Shown piece after piece: positions 9,635-17,035 of a DNA stretch of 32,000 bases. The first letter of the stretch is position 1. Every line of letters starts with the position of its first letter. The position numbers and the translations under genes are program-made. Source of the stretch: Gammaproteobacteria bacterium (lineage in GTDB: Bacteria; Pseudomonadota; Gammaproteobacteria; Pseudomonadales; Halieaceae); contig JAUIMF010000011.1 of NCBI GenBank assembly GCA_030433415.1, positions 1 through 32,000 on the forward strand. Reading direction: 5' to 3'. A model generated the notes under the pieces. That model made no database searches and was not told where the DNA came from. It saw nothing but the letters and a program-made list of their open reading frames with translations.

Positions 9635-11631
9635 CGAATTCTTCCTGGGTAAACTGTATTCTTGGAGAGTTCCAGTCTGATTTATCTCGACTGTGGATTG
9701 TCTCTGATCCGGATGGCGTCTTGCTTGATGAGCACGTCCTGGCGGGCTTGCGTGAACGTGGCTTTGAAACGCTGCTGTTCGAGGACAGCATAGCGTTTCG
9801 CGCCGAATACGAAGAGCGCTACCGTACAGCCTGGGATCAGGGAGAGGCACCACCGTCCGATGCACTCATTTTGCATCTGCGAGGACATCAGGCCGGCGAA
9901 CTGCCCTGGGACTACTTACGTCATGGGCGCCGCTTAAGCCTGAGCCTGGCGGAGCTACTGCCAAAACTCAGCTATTCGGTAGTGCGGCAACTAGACAACG
10001 AGATGTTGCCTTCCTTGTTCGAAGCGCAGGCTCAGCATGCATCACAAGTCCTGGGAGAAGCAGCCACCAAGGAGTTTGTGCTTACACATATCTTTGAACT
10101 AAGCCCCCATCTGATAAAGCAGCCTGAACACTTTTGGCGAGAATTGCTGCGTTTGCACTATCGCGAGTCTACACTACCCACGGTGCTTGCTCAGTATGTA
10201 GAGCAGGTATTGGGTAGCCAGAGTGCATTCAGAGACGCTCCTATCGCCGAACTCTTCTCGAATAGGAGCCAAACCCTGCGAGTAGTTCAGGATGCCTGGT
10301 ATCGCTACTTGGAAAAACATGGGCTTACTGGAAACCGAGTCGGGGAGCCATCACCGCCGGAATTAAACGTTAAGCTGGAAATTCCATTTAATCACCATGA
10401 TGTCTGGCTGATTGTTGATTCCATGTTCCTGGATGGCACATTGCACCCGCTGGAAGTATCGGGCATATCGGACGCCTTGCCTAAATGGGCCAAAGTGGGG
10501 GTAGTCCAGAACCCGCTTGCGATGCGCACTCTGGTCCTGGACGGTATAAAGGCCCTGGAGGATGAGATTCCTGGCATTGATTCGAGCCATCGTGACTGGG
10601 CACATTTTGCCCGCCGTCTCGGCGAGATCATTTCGCGCTTCAACGGCCTGGATGCCAGCCGTGCGGCAGGCCTGAGGAATGATCTTCTGGCCTTGCAGTG
10701 CCAGGCTGATACTCAGCTACAGGGATGGTTGGTCAAGCACTATTCGGATTTGCCTTCCTTGCCGGTCGTGAAAGGACCGATCATGTTGCATCATGTTCCC
10801 CGTTTTCTGTCGATACGACGAGAACATGGTGAACAGAAAATCGCGCTCCTTCTGTTCGATGGATTGGCCATCGATCAGTGGATTCAGGTCCGGGAGAGCG
10901 TCACCAAGGCTCAACCTCGACTGATGTTCGATGAGCAAGCCTGTTTTGCCTGGCTGCCAACTTTGACATCCGTCTCCAGACAAGCCCTTTTTTCTGGTCT
11001 ACGTCCTCGTGAGTTTGCCGACAGTATTGAAACGACATCCAAAGAACCGGGACTGTGGGATCGTTTTTGGCGAGACCATGGACTGACTTCCAGGGAGGTT
11101 TTCTATCGCAAAGCCATCAAACGAAATGATGATTTGCCTGACCTGGAAGCTGAGTTGTCTAATCCTGCTGTCAAAGTGGCTGGTATTGTTGTCGATACCG
11201 TAGACGAAATGATCCACGGTGCGGTGCTTGGCAAATCCGGTGTGGCCGCGCAAATAACGAAATGGTGCGAATCGGGGTTTATTGAAAGACTGTTCCAGAT
11301 TCTGCTGGGCAATGGTTTCAGTATTTACCTGACAGCGGATCACGGCAATGTAGAAGCGGTTGGCATAGGTCGACCGAACCAGGGCCTTGCTCCTGAACTT
11401 AGGGGTGAGCGCGTACGTGCTTATCGTAGCGAAGCGCTTCTCGCTGAAGCCTTGGCCGCGAATCCGGATGCTTTTAATTTGGATGTTGGCGGTTTGCCAA
11501 CGGACTTTATGCCGCTTTTTGCTGGAGGCCGCGGAGCCTTCGTACCGAAAGATGATCAAATAGTAGTGCACGGCGGGCCATCCGTTGAGGAGCTGATCGT
11601 GCCGTTTGTAAAAGTGAGCTACGTAGATTGA
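9631..11631 (+). CDS. pglZ: PglZ-domain protein (alkaline-phosphatase superfamily, BREX hallmark)
   Basis: PglZ core motifs are present: LLLFDGLAIDQW, LPTLTSVSRQALFSG (the T..SR nucleophile region), VVDTVDEMIHG and YLTADHGN. The GTG start overlaps the SNF2 stop (GTGA at 9631-9634) and is preceded by GGGGGGAA. Confidence 0.8.
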   Translation: MTNSSWVNCILGEFQSDLSRLWIVSDPDGVLLDEHVLAGLRERGFETLLFEDSIAFRAEYEERYRTAWDQGEAPPSDALILHLRGHQAGELPWDYLRHGRRLSLSLAELLPKLSYSVVRQLDNEMLPSLFEAQAQHASQVLGEAATKEFVLTHIFELSPHLIKQPEHFWRELLRLHYRESTLPTVLAQYVEQVLGSQSAFRDAPIAELFSNRSQTLRVVQDAWYRYLEKHGLTGNRVGEPSPPELNVKLEIPFNHHDVWLIVDSMFLDGTLHPLEVSGISDALPKWAKVGVVQNPLAMRTLVLDGIKALEDEIPGIDSSHRDWAHFARRLGEIISRFNGLDASRAAGLRNDLLALQCQADTQLQGWLVKHYSDLPSLPVVKGPIMLHHVPRFLSIRREHGEQKIALLLFDGLAIDQWIQVRESVTKAQPRLMFDEQACFAWLPTLTSVSRQALFSGLRPREFADSIETTSKEPGLWDRFWRDHGLTSREVFYRKAIKRNDDLPDLEAELSNPAVKVAGIVVDTVDEMIHGAVLGKSGVAAQITKWCESGFIERLFQILLGNGFSIYLTADHGNVEAVGIGRPNQGLAPELRGERVRAYRSEALLAEALAANPDAFNLDVGGLPTDFMPLFAGGRGAFVPKDDQIVVHGGPSVEELIVPFVKVSYVD

Positions 11632-12359
11632 ATACCATGAAACCCTCGGCACCTAAAATCGGCTTTGATCGCTTCGTACCGCTCGAATGGGCGACGGCAG
11701 CGCTTGAAGTCCGTGCCGAGTCGAATACCCTGGATGGTTTGAACACTTTGCTGGATCAGGCGGAGCTTGGCGTTGCCGCCCGCAAGAAGACTCGTACAGT
11801 ACTCAACCGGCTTTGGCTGGAACCACGCCCAGAACTGAAGGCCTTCGCTGATCGAGGAGTTGCCATCCATAAAGCTGATCCCAATACTCCCATCGCGGCA
11901 CTGACTTGGGGGATGGCCATAGCAACCTACCCGTTTTTTGGCAGGGTAAGCGAGCTGGTTGGGCGACTTTCCTCTCTGCAGGGTGACTGTGCTTCGGCGG
12001 AAATTCATCGTCGTATGAGTGAGAGTTACGGCGAGCGCGAAGGCACCTATCGAATGACAAACATGGTCTTGCAGTCGCAAGCAAGCTGGGGAGCAATCGA
12101 GCGTGTTGAGAAAGGCAAGCGATTGGTACGAAAACAGCCGATCGTAGTCAGAGATGAGCAGGCTGTAACTTGGCTCATCGAGGCGGCATTGATGTACACG
12201 GGGAAGGCACTGCCGGTGTCTGGCTTGTCATCATTGGCAGTGCTTTATCCATTCATGCTCGACCAGCCATTAAGCTACCTTGTCTCCAGGGGGGCAGGCC
12301 TGAGTGTGAGAGCAGAAGGCGCTGGCAACCAGTTCGTACATTTGAGTGCCACCACATAA
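11628..12359 (+). CDS. Hypothetical protein, last gene of the operon, possibly BrxA-like (DUF1819-like)
   Basis: TTG at 11628 overlaps the pglZ stop (TTGA). An in-frame ATG at 11637 is the more likely start. The size (~240 aa), its position after pglZ and a loosely BrxA-like helical pattern (ARKKTRTVLNRLW...ALTWGMAIATYPFFGRV) are the only support. I cannot confirm the family by eye. Confidence 0.4.
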   Translation: MNTMKPSAPKIGFDRFVPLEWATAALEVRAESNTLDGLNTLLDQAELGVAARKKTRTVLNRLWLEPRPELKAFADRGVAIHKADPNTPIAALTWGMAIATYPFFGRVSELVGRLSSLQGDCASAEIHRRMSESYGEREGTYRMTNMVLQSQASWGAIERVEKGKRLVRKQPIVVRDEQAVTWLIEAALMYTGKALPVSGLSSLAVLYPFMLDQPLSYLVSRGAGLSVRAEGAGNQFVHLSATT

Positions 12360-12393
12360 GGTGGTCTTCAATTCATGAGCCGGATGAGCTGGC

Positions 12394-12753
12394 TCAAGGA
12401 TCGTCAGGGTCGCCCATGTCATGACGCCACTCGTTCTTGTCGTACAGGCCAAAGCCAGAGTGACCTTCACGCCACTCTGGCTCTGCTTCACTGGCATCAT
12501 TCGAGTTAAGCGCAGCCCAAACGACCAAGGTGCCTACAAGTAGGAACCCGACAATCCAGAACCCCGTGATCAGCAAGGCACCGAGCACTCCGAACTTGAG
12601 GCCCCATAGCAACAGACGTCCCACACCAGCAGGCAGTCCTTTCGCAGCCAGCCAATGAATAGCTCGCGTCTCGCGACGAGCAACACCACGCCACATGCGC
12701 CCCAGCCATCGACCGGCGCGCTCGGTTTTCGTAATCGTCGGTGTTGCTTTCAT
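12394..12753 (-). CDS. Small two-TM membrane protein, DUF3742-like (a family typical of PFGI-1/ICEclc-type ICEs, usually next to traI)
   Basis: The N-terminus AGRWLGRMWRGVARRETRAIHWLAAKGLPAG is followed by two hydrophobic helices (LLLWGLKFGVLGALLITGFWIVGFLLVGTLVVWAAL) and an acidic tail (EWREGHSGFGLYDKNEW...DPDDP). This pattern matches my recollection of DUF3742 proteins. AAGAGG lies ~8 nt upstream of the ATG. Confidence 0.6.
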   Translation of the reverse strand: MKATPTITKTERAGRWLGRMWRGVARRETRAIHWLAAKGLPAGVGRLLLWGLKFGVLGALLITGFWIVGFLLVGTLVVWAALNSNDASEAEPEWREGHSGFGLYDKNEWRHDMGDPDDP

Positions 12754-12773
12754 CGCTTTAACCTCTTGGAGGG

Positions 12774-13241
12774 CTATCGCTTCTCCTTCGTCGACCAGTC
12801 GGATCGGCTTGCTGCCACGAGACTTTCCCAGTCATCCGGTGGGTTGCCACGCTGGAGCATCTTCTCGAACACCGCGTAGGGGTCAGACTTGCTGCCCGAC
12901 GACCGTAACGTCTGTTCATCATTGACCCAGGCAAACACGATGGTCTTCGACCTGGAGTCGTAGCGGAAGAACAGCCGGAAGCGCCTTCCGATCTTGGCTC
13001 GCCGCCAGTGCCGGTGCTTTAGCCCTAGCGTGTTGCCCTGCCGGTATTCATCTCGCCCTGGATCTCTGGGCACGATCTCCAGGATCAACTGCGTCAACGC
13101 CCTGAACAATTTGACGTTAGCGTTACTCTCGTAGCCTTTCGGGTCACTCCGCTGAGCCCGCTCGGCGGCGGCGTGCAGCTTCTGCAATTGCTCCACGATG
13201 CAGTCGTGGAACAGCAGTATCCATCCATGGCGCTGCATCAA
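12774..13241 (-). CDS. yhaV: YhaV-family type II toxin (ribonuclease)
   Basis: There is clear similarity to E. coli YhaV: RFRLFFRYDSRSKTIVFAWVNDEQTLRSSGSKSDPYAVFEKMLQRGNPPDDWESL versus RYRLFFRYSEKEKVIILGWMNDENTLRTYGKKTDAYTVFSKMLKRGHPPADWETL. The start overlaps the prlF stop by 4 nt. Confidence 0.9.
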   Translation of the reverse strand: MMQRHGWILLFHDCIVEQLQKLHAAAERAQRSDPKGYESNANVKLFRALTQLILEIVPRDPGRDEYRQGNTLGLKHRHWRRAKIGRRFRLFFRYDSRSKTIVFAWVNDEQTLRSSGSKSDPYAVFEKMLQRGNPPDDWESLVAASRSDWSTKEKR

Positions 13242-13555
13242 AGGGCTACTTCGCCTTCGATATCCTCATTGAGATCCACCGGGTGCTCCAGATTCGCCAG
13301 CATGGCCTGGGCGAGATCGTCCGGCAGGTTGCCAACGTGCTTGCCCTGGCGGATGTCCTGTTCCAGCAATCCCAGGAAGGCACCGATGGCCGGGTCTTCA
13401 TGTTCGGCGTCGGCACGGGTGACGATCACTTCGCCGCCGCGCAGCTCAAAGGACACCTTGCCCCCGGTGGTCACACCCAGGGCCTGTCGAATTGCCTTGG
13501 GCAAGGTGATCTGCCCTTTGGAAGTCAGGGTAGCTTGTTCATGGATACCAGGCAT
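13238..13555 (-). CDS. prlF: PrlF (SohA) antitoxin, AbrB/SpoVT-type DNA-binding fold
   Basis: MPGIHEQATLTSKGQITLPKAIRQALGV...HEDPAIGAFLGLLEQDI resembles E. coli PrlF (LTTESKVTIRGQTTIPAPVREALKL...MNAFLRFLDADI). I chose the start at 13555 because AGGAG lies 7 nt upstream. The longer 159-aa ORF (to 13717) runs through the promoter region. Confidence 0.85.
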   Translation of the reverse strand: MPGIHEQATLTSKGQITLPKAIRQALGVTTGGKVSFELRGGEVIVTRADAEHEDPAIGAFLGLLEQDIRQGKHVGNLPDDLAQAMLANLEHPVDLNEDIEGEVAL

Positions 13556-13591
13556 GGTCAGGCTCCTGTCGGTGATACTCATGCCTATAGA

Positions 13592-13617
13592 GTAAGGATT
13601 ATTCCTTACCTTGTCAA
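13592..13617 (-). promoter_or_regulatory. Putative prlF-yhaV promoter with a palindromic operator
   Basis: The inverted repeat GTAAGGA-ttat-TCCTTAC lies at 13592-13609. On the minus strand it follows a TTGACA box (complement of 13612-17). A weak -10, TACTCT, follows at 17-nt spacing. An operator between -35 and -10 is the usual layout for autoregulated TA operons. Confidence 0.45.
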
Positions 13618-13626
13618 TCCTGGCTT

Positions 13627-13685
13627 CCCTCGGTGTATTTTGCGGTCGCATGGCCCCCTCCTGCTGTTGCTGAAAGCACCGAGGG
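13627..13685. repeat. 9-bp perfect inverted repeat (CCCTCGGTG ... CACCGAGGG) with a 41-nt spacer, upstream of the relaxase gene
   Basis: Read directly: 13627-13635 and 13677-13685 are exact reverse complements. The match extends to 12 bp with one mismatch. The repeat lies in the prlF/traI divergent intergenic region. Confidence 0.6.
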
Positions 13686-13788
13686 TAGACAAGGTACAGC
13701 CTGCCTTCCGCAAACAATACGGAACCGCACGAATCCTATTTATTGTGGCTGGATACCATGGGCTAACTTATACCCGAGGGCTAATCAA

Positions 13789-13831
13789 GGGCCAAAGGGC
13801 TGGGAAGGGGCAAGGGAATGGTAGGAAGGGG
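13789..13831 (+). other. G-quadruplex-consensus purine tract upstream of traI
   Basis: The tract is GGGccaaaGGGctGGGaaGGGGcaaGGGaatggtaggaaGGGG. Five G3+ runs with loops of 5, 2, 2 and 3 nt lie at 13789-13816, and a sixth run is at 13828-13831. It sits 60-100 nt upstream of the traI ATG. Confidence 0.5.
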
Positions 13832-13891
13832 AAAGGCTCTACCCGAAAAGGCCAAAAGGCCCCAGCCCGGTCACACTGTTCGGGGTTTCAG

Positions 13892-15688
13892 ATGTTTTCC
13901 CTGTTCCAACGTAAAAGCGTCCGCCTGACCGCCGGCGCACCACAAGCCCCCGTCTCGGAGATGCCCAAAGGGCTGACGCGACCTGAGTCGGCCGCGTCTC
14001 TGCTGGCAACGCCTCGCCGGCGGAAACTGCTGGAACACATCTGGCAGCGGACGTCATTATCTCGTCGTCAATTCAACACTCTGTATCTGGCACCCCTGGA
14101 ACGCTACGCTGAACTGGTCCAACAGTTCCCAGCCTCCGAGGGGCATCACCACGCCTATCCTGGCGGAATGCTCGACCACAGCCTGGAAATCGTCGCCTAT
14201 GCACTCAAACTGAGGCAGTCCCACCTGTTGCCTGCCGGTACAACTCCGGAGACCCAGGCCGCCCAGGCGGAGGCCTGGACCGCGGCCACCGCCTATGCGG
14301 CGCTGCTGCACGACATTGGCAAAATCGCCGTCGACCTGCATGTGGAATATGCCGACGGCTCCATCTGGCACCCATGGCACGGTCCATTGCAGCGGCCATA
14401 CCGGTTTCGTTATCGCAAGGACAGGGAGTACCGCCTGCACAGTGCCGCTACTGGACTCCTGTACACCCGGCTGCTCGATCGTGAAATCCTTGACTGGCTC
14501 AGCCAGTATCCCGATCTGTGGGCTGCCTTGCTGTATGTCCTGGCGGGGCAATATGAACATGCCGGCACCCTAGGCGAGCTGGTGATACAGGCCGACCAGG
14601 CTTCGGTTGCCCAGGAGCTCGGTGGCGATCCCGGCAAGGCGATCGCCGCGCCCAAATATACCCTGCAGCGGAAACTGCTGGATGGCCTGCGCTATCTGCT
14701 CAGGGAAGAGTTCAAACTTAACCAGCCCCAGGCTTCCGATGGCTGGCTGACCCAGGATGCATTGTGGCTGGTGAGTAAGACCGTTTCCGACAAGCTCCGC
14801 GCCTATCTGCTGTCCCAGGGCATTGAAGGCATACCCTCCAACAATACGGCGCTGTTCAATATCCTGCAGGACCACGGCATCGCACAGCCCACTCCAGACG
14901 GCAAAGCGATCTGGAAGGCGACCGTGACCAGCGATGGGGGCTGGTCACACAGCTTCACCTTTCTGAAGCTGTCTCCGGCTGCAATCTGGGAAGCAGCCGA
15001 CCGACCACCTGCATTCACGGGGAACATTGAGGTCGATCAAGGGGAAGAGGATACGCCTGCACCCAGCGAAGGGAATGCCGGCCATCATGTACCTGACGCC
15101 GATCTGGATCAGTCTGGGTCGGCAGAATCAGTTATGGCAGACGATGGCGTAAACGCTCTGCTCGACCTACTGGATGACTCCTCGGCACCTACAACAGCCG
15201 ACCCGCCGCAACCTCCAAAAGAAGAGTTCGTCGCTCCAGTGCCGGATGAGGAGCCAGAGCGGAGAAATGCCTCACCTTCCGGCGAACACTTCATGGAATG
15301 GCTACGTCAGCACATCCAGGCTCGAAAACTCATCATCAACGACGCCAAGGCGCTGGTGCACACCGTAGACGGTACCGTGTATCTCGTCAGCCCGGGGGTG
15401 TTCCAGCGTTATGCCCAGGAGCATCCCCAGATAGCGAAGCTTGCCAAGACAGAGAAGCTCTCAGACTGGCAGTGGGCTCAGAAGAAGTTCGAAAAGTTGG
15501 GACTGCACCGCAAGCAAGACAATGGGCTGAACATCTGGACTTGCGAAGTCACCGGGCCACGCAAGTCGCGGCGGTTGCATGGCTACTTGTTGGCAGATGG
15601 CTCGGTGTTGTTCAACGAACCAATTCTAAATAATCCGTATTTGACGCTTTCGGTTGGCGAAGCTCAGTCCAACAGTGGTGCTACATAA
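13892..15688 (+). CDS. traI: MobH-family (HD-domain) conjugative relaxase, TraI of the PFGI-1/ICEclc/SXT type
   Basis: The HD-type relaxase motifs HHHAYPGGMLDHSLE and AALLHDIGK are present, and the N-terminus RRRKLLEHIWQRTSLSRRQFNTLYLAPLERYAELVQQFPASE is typical of ICE TraI. The start is set at the ATG at 13892 (MFSLFQRKS). The upstream 203 codons of the 801-aa ORF are antisense to prlF and its promoter. Confidence 0.8.
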   Translation: MFSLFQRKSVRLTAGAPQAPVSEMPKGLTRPESAASLLATPRRRKLLEHIWQRTSLSRRQFNTLYLAPLERYAELVQQFPASEGHHHAYPGGMLDHSLEIVAYALKLRQSHLLPAGTTPETQAAQAEAWTAATAYAALLHDIGKIAVDLHVEYADGSIWHPWHGPLQRPYRFRYRKDREYRLHSAATGLLYTRLLDREILDWLSQYPDLWAALLYVLAGQYEHAGTLGELVIQADQASVAQELGGDPGKAIAAPKYTLQRKLLDGLRYLLREEFKLNQPQASDGWLTQDALWLVSKTVSDKLRAYLLSQGIEGIPSNNTALFNILQDHGIAQPTPDGKAIWKATVTSDGGWSHSFTFLKLSPAAIWEAADRPPAFTGNIEVDQGEEDTPAPSEGNAGHHVPDADLDQSGSAESVMADDGVNALLDLLDDSSAPTTADPPQPPKEEFVAPVPDEEPERRNASPSGEHFMEWLRQHIQARKLIINDAKALVHTVDGTVYLVSPGVFQRYAQEHPQIAKLAKTEKLSDWQWAQKKFEKLGLHRKQDNGLNIWTCEVTGPRKSRRLHGYLLADGSVLFNEPILNNPYLTLSVGEAQSNSGAT

Positions 15689-15691
15689 AGC

Positions 15692-16966
15692 TTAGCCCGC
15701 TCTGCGAGCACGAGCACCAATCTTCTTGGATGTCGGCTTGGAAGCTGACTCAGATGTATTTACAGCCGCCTCTTCTGCTGCCGAAAGATAATCAGCCCAT
15801 GCCTGCATCATTTCACGGCGCTGGGAGAGCAGGATTGCCTTATTGTAAGTTGCGCGCACCTTGTTGCTTTCGACGTGGGCTAGCTGGCGCTCAATGGCAT
15901 CGGGACGGAAACCCTGCTCGTTGGCCCAAGTGGAAAAAGTGGTTCGCCAACAGTGGGGTGTTGTTCTCGGCCCCAGATTCATGTCACGCATGGCATACGA
16001 CAATCTGTTGGGCGTCGTGAACCCCTTGCCGCTACGGTGAGGAAACAGATAGCGCCCACCTTCGGTAATTGGCCGAAGGTCTTCGATCACCTGGATTGCC
16101 TGATCAGAAAGAGGGCAGACGTGGTCGCGTCCGGCTTTCATCTTCTCCCCCGGTCGGCGCCATACTTGTTCCTCAAAATCAAACTCGTTCCACTCTGCAT
16201 CGGCTGCTTCGCCGGGTCGGCAGGCAGTTAGTGCAATGAGTCGCAGACACAGGGCAGTTTCTGGGTAGCCACGGTAAGCCCGAAGCTCTCGATAGAAGGC
16301 GCGGGTCTGCTCGGCGGTCAAGACGGCCTTGCTTTGGCTGGGAGGTATCTTGAGCAGTCCGCGCAGCGTTGGTATCGGGTTGGCGTCGGCCAAGCCCCGT
16401 ACGATTGCATACTCAAAAATTGCGTTCAGGTCGCCCTTCACATGAATCCCGGCCCAGGCACCGTGGGCTTTGCAGGCCTCCAGGACGGGACGTATCTCTT
16501 TGACTCCGATCTCACTGATTGGAATCTCGGCCAGCTTCGGTGCGAGGTATTTCCGGATACGGCTTTCCTTGGCGCGGTACGAGCCTGGCTTGTAGCTCGC
16601 TTTCACCTCAGCCAGATAAGCAGCCGAGACTTTGGCAAAAGAGCTTTCCATGGCTCGCTTGCGTTCTTCGAGTGTCTCGATATTGCGCCGCTTTATCTCT
16701 TGGCGGTCGTGCGATGGGTGAATGCCTTGCTTGACGAGCTGCCGTGCCGAGTCCCGCTCCGTTCGGGCATCTGATAGGCCTACATCAGGGTAGGGGCCGA
16801 TAGCGTAAAGATTCTCCTTGCCATCAATGCGGTACTTCCAGCGCCAGAGCTTGCTGCCATTTGGTTTGACCAAGAGGAACAGGCCGCCGCCATCACTGAG
16901 CTTATACGAGCGTGATTCCGGCTTCGCCGCCCTGACTTTGAGTTCGGTAAGTAGATCCTTTGGCAT
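15692..16966 (-). CDS. int: P4-like tyrosine integrase (DUF4102 N-terminal arm-binding domain plus phage-integrase catalytic domain)
   Basis: The N-terminus LKVRAAKPESRSYKLSDGGGLFLLVKPNGSKLWRWKYRIDGKENLYAIGPYPDVGLSDAR is the classical P4-integrase N-terminal signature. Catalytic residues are present in TACRPGEA, HCWRTTFSTW and LAHVESNKVRATYNKA. The start at 16966 has GGAGG 5 nt upstream. The ORF-track extension to 17098 crosses the repeat/promoter region. Confidence 0.9.
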   Translation of the reverse strand: MPKDLLTELKVRAAKPESRSYKLSDGGGLFLLVKPNGSKLWRWKYRIDGKENLYAIGPYPDVGLSDARTERDSARQLVKQGIHPSHDRQEIKRRNIETLEERKRAMESSFAKVSAAYLAEVKASYKPGSYRAKESRIRKYLAPKLAEIPISEIGVKEIRPVLEACKAHGAWAGIHVKGDLNAIFEYAIVRGLADANPIPTLRGLLKIPPSQSKAVLTAEQTRAFYRELRAYRGYPETALCLRLIALTACRPGEAADAEWNEFDFEEQVWRRPGEKMKAGRDHVCPLSDQAIQVIEDLRPITEGGRYLFPHRSGKGFTTPNRLSYAMRDMNLGPRTTPHCWRTTFSTWANEQGFRPDAIERQLAHVESNKVRATYNKAILLSQRREMMQAWADYLSAAEEAAVNTSESASKPTSKKIGARARRAG

Positions 16967-16991
16967 TGGCACCTCCAGGATGGGGGAGGCG

Positions 16992-17035
16992 GTACCCCCA
17001 AAATTTTTGAGCAGTACCCCCAACTGTACCCCCAA
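16992..17035. repeat. Three perfect 10-bp direct repeats, GTACCCCCAA, upstream of int (candidate arm-type or regulator binding sites)
   Basis: Copies lie at 16992-17001, 17014-17023 and 17026-17035, with start-to-start spacing of 22 and 12 nt. They are 26-70 nt upstream of the int start codon. The adjacent TGGGGG(16981-86)/CCCCCA(16995-17000) pair forms a 6-bp inverted repeat. Confidence 0.7.

Noticed and set aside
10999-11652. 217-aa minus-strand ORF
   Set aside because: It is antisense to the 3' part of pglZ, which includes the DHG motif region on the plus strand.
1-12359. Classification of the operon as DISARM or as BREX type 1/2
   Set aside because: No DUF1998 (DrmB) or PLD (DrmC) gene is present, and PglZ is not part of DISARM. 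There is no ~1200-aa PglX-type methyltransferase, no BrxL (Lon-like) and no PglW kinase. The methyltransferase has the DPPF/FxGSG PF01555-like type, which points to type 3-like BREX instead.
12360-12393. Possible bidirectional terminator between the operon end and the DUF3742-like gene (GAGCC...GGCTC)
   Set aside because: The stem is only 5 bp with a 9-nt loop and no U-tract, which is too weak to call.
13556-13717. Longer 159-aa version of the prlF ORF
   Set aside because: PrlF homology starts at MPGIHEQ (13555), which has an AGGAG RBS. The upstream codons cover the promoter and operator palindrome.
13283-13891. N-terminal 203 codons of the 801-aa ORF (a longer traI)
   Set aside because: This part is antisense to prlF and runs through the prlF promoter and intergenic region. 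Relaxase-like sequence begins only at the ATG at 13892.
6540-17035. Short tandem or direct repeats (6540-6599 and 16992-17035) as possible CRISPR arrays
   Set aside because: The units are 10-12 nt with no unique spacers of 25-40 nt. One lies in frame inside a CDS and the other in a promoter region. No cas genes are present.
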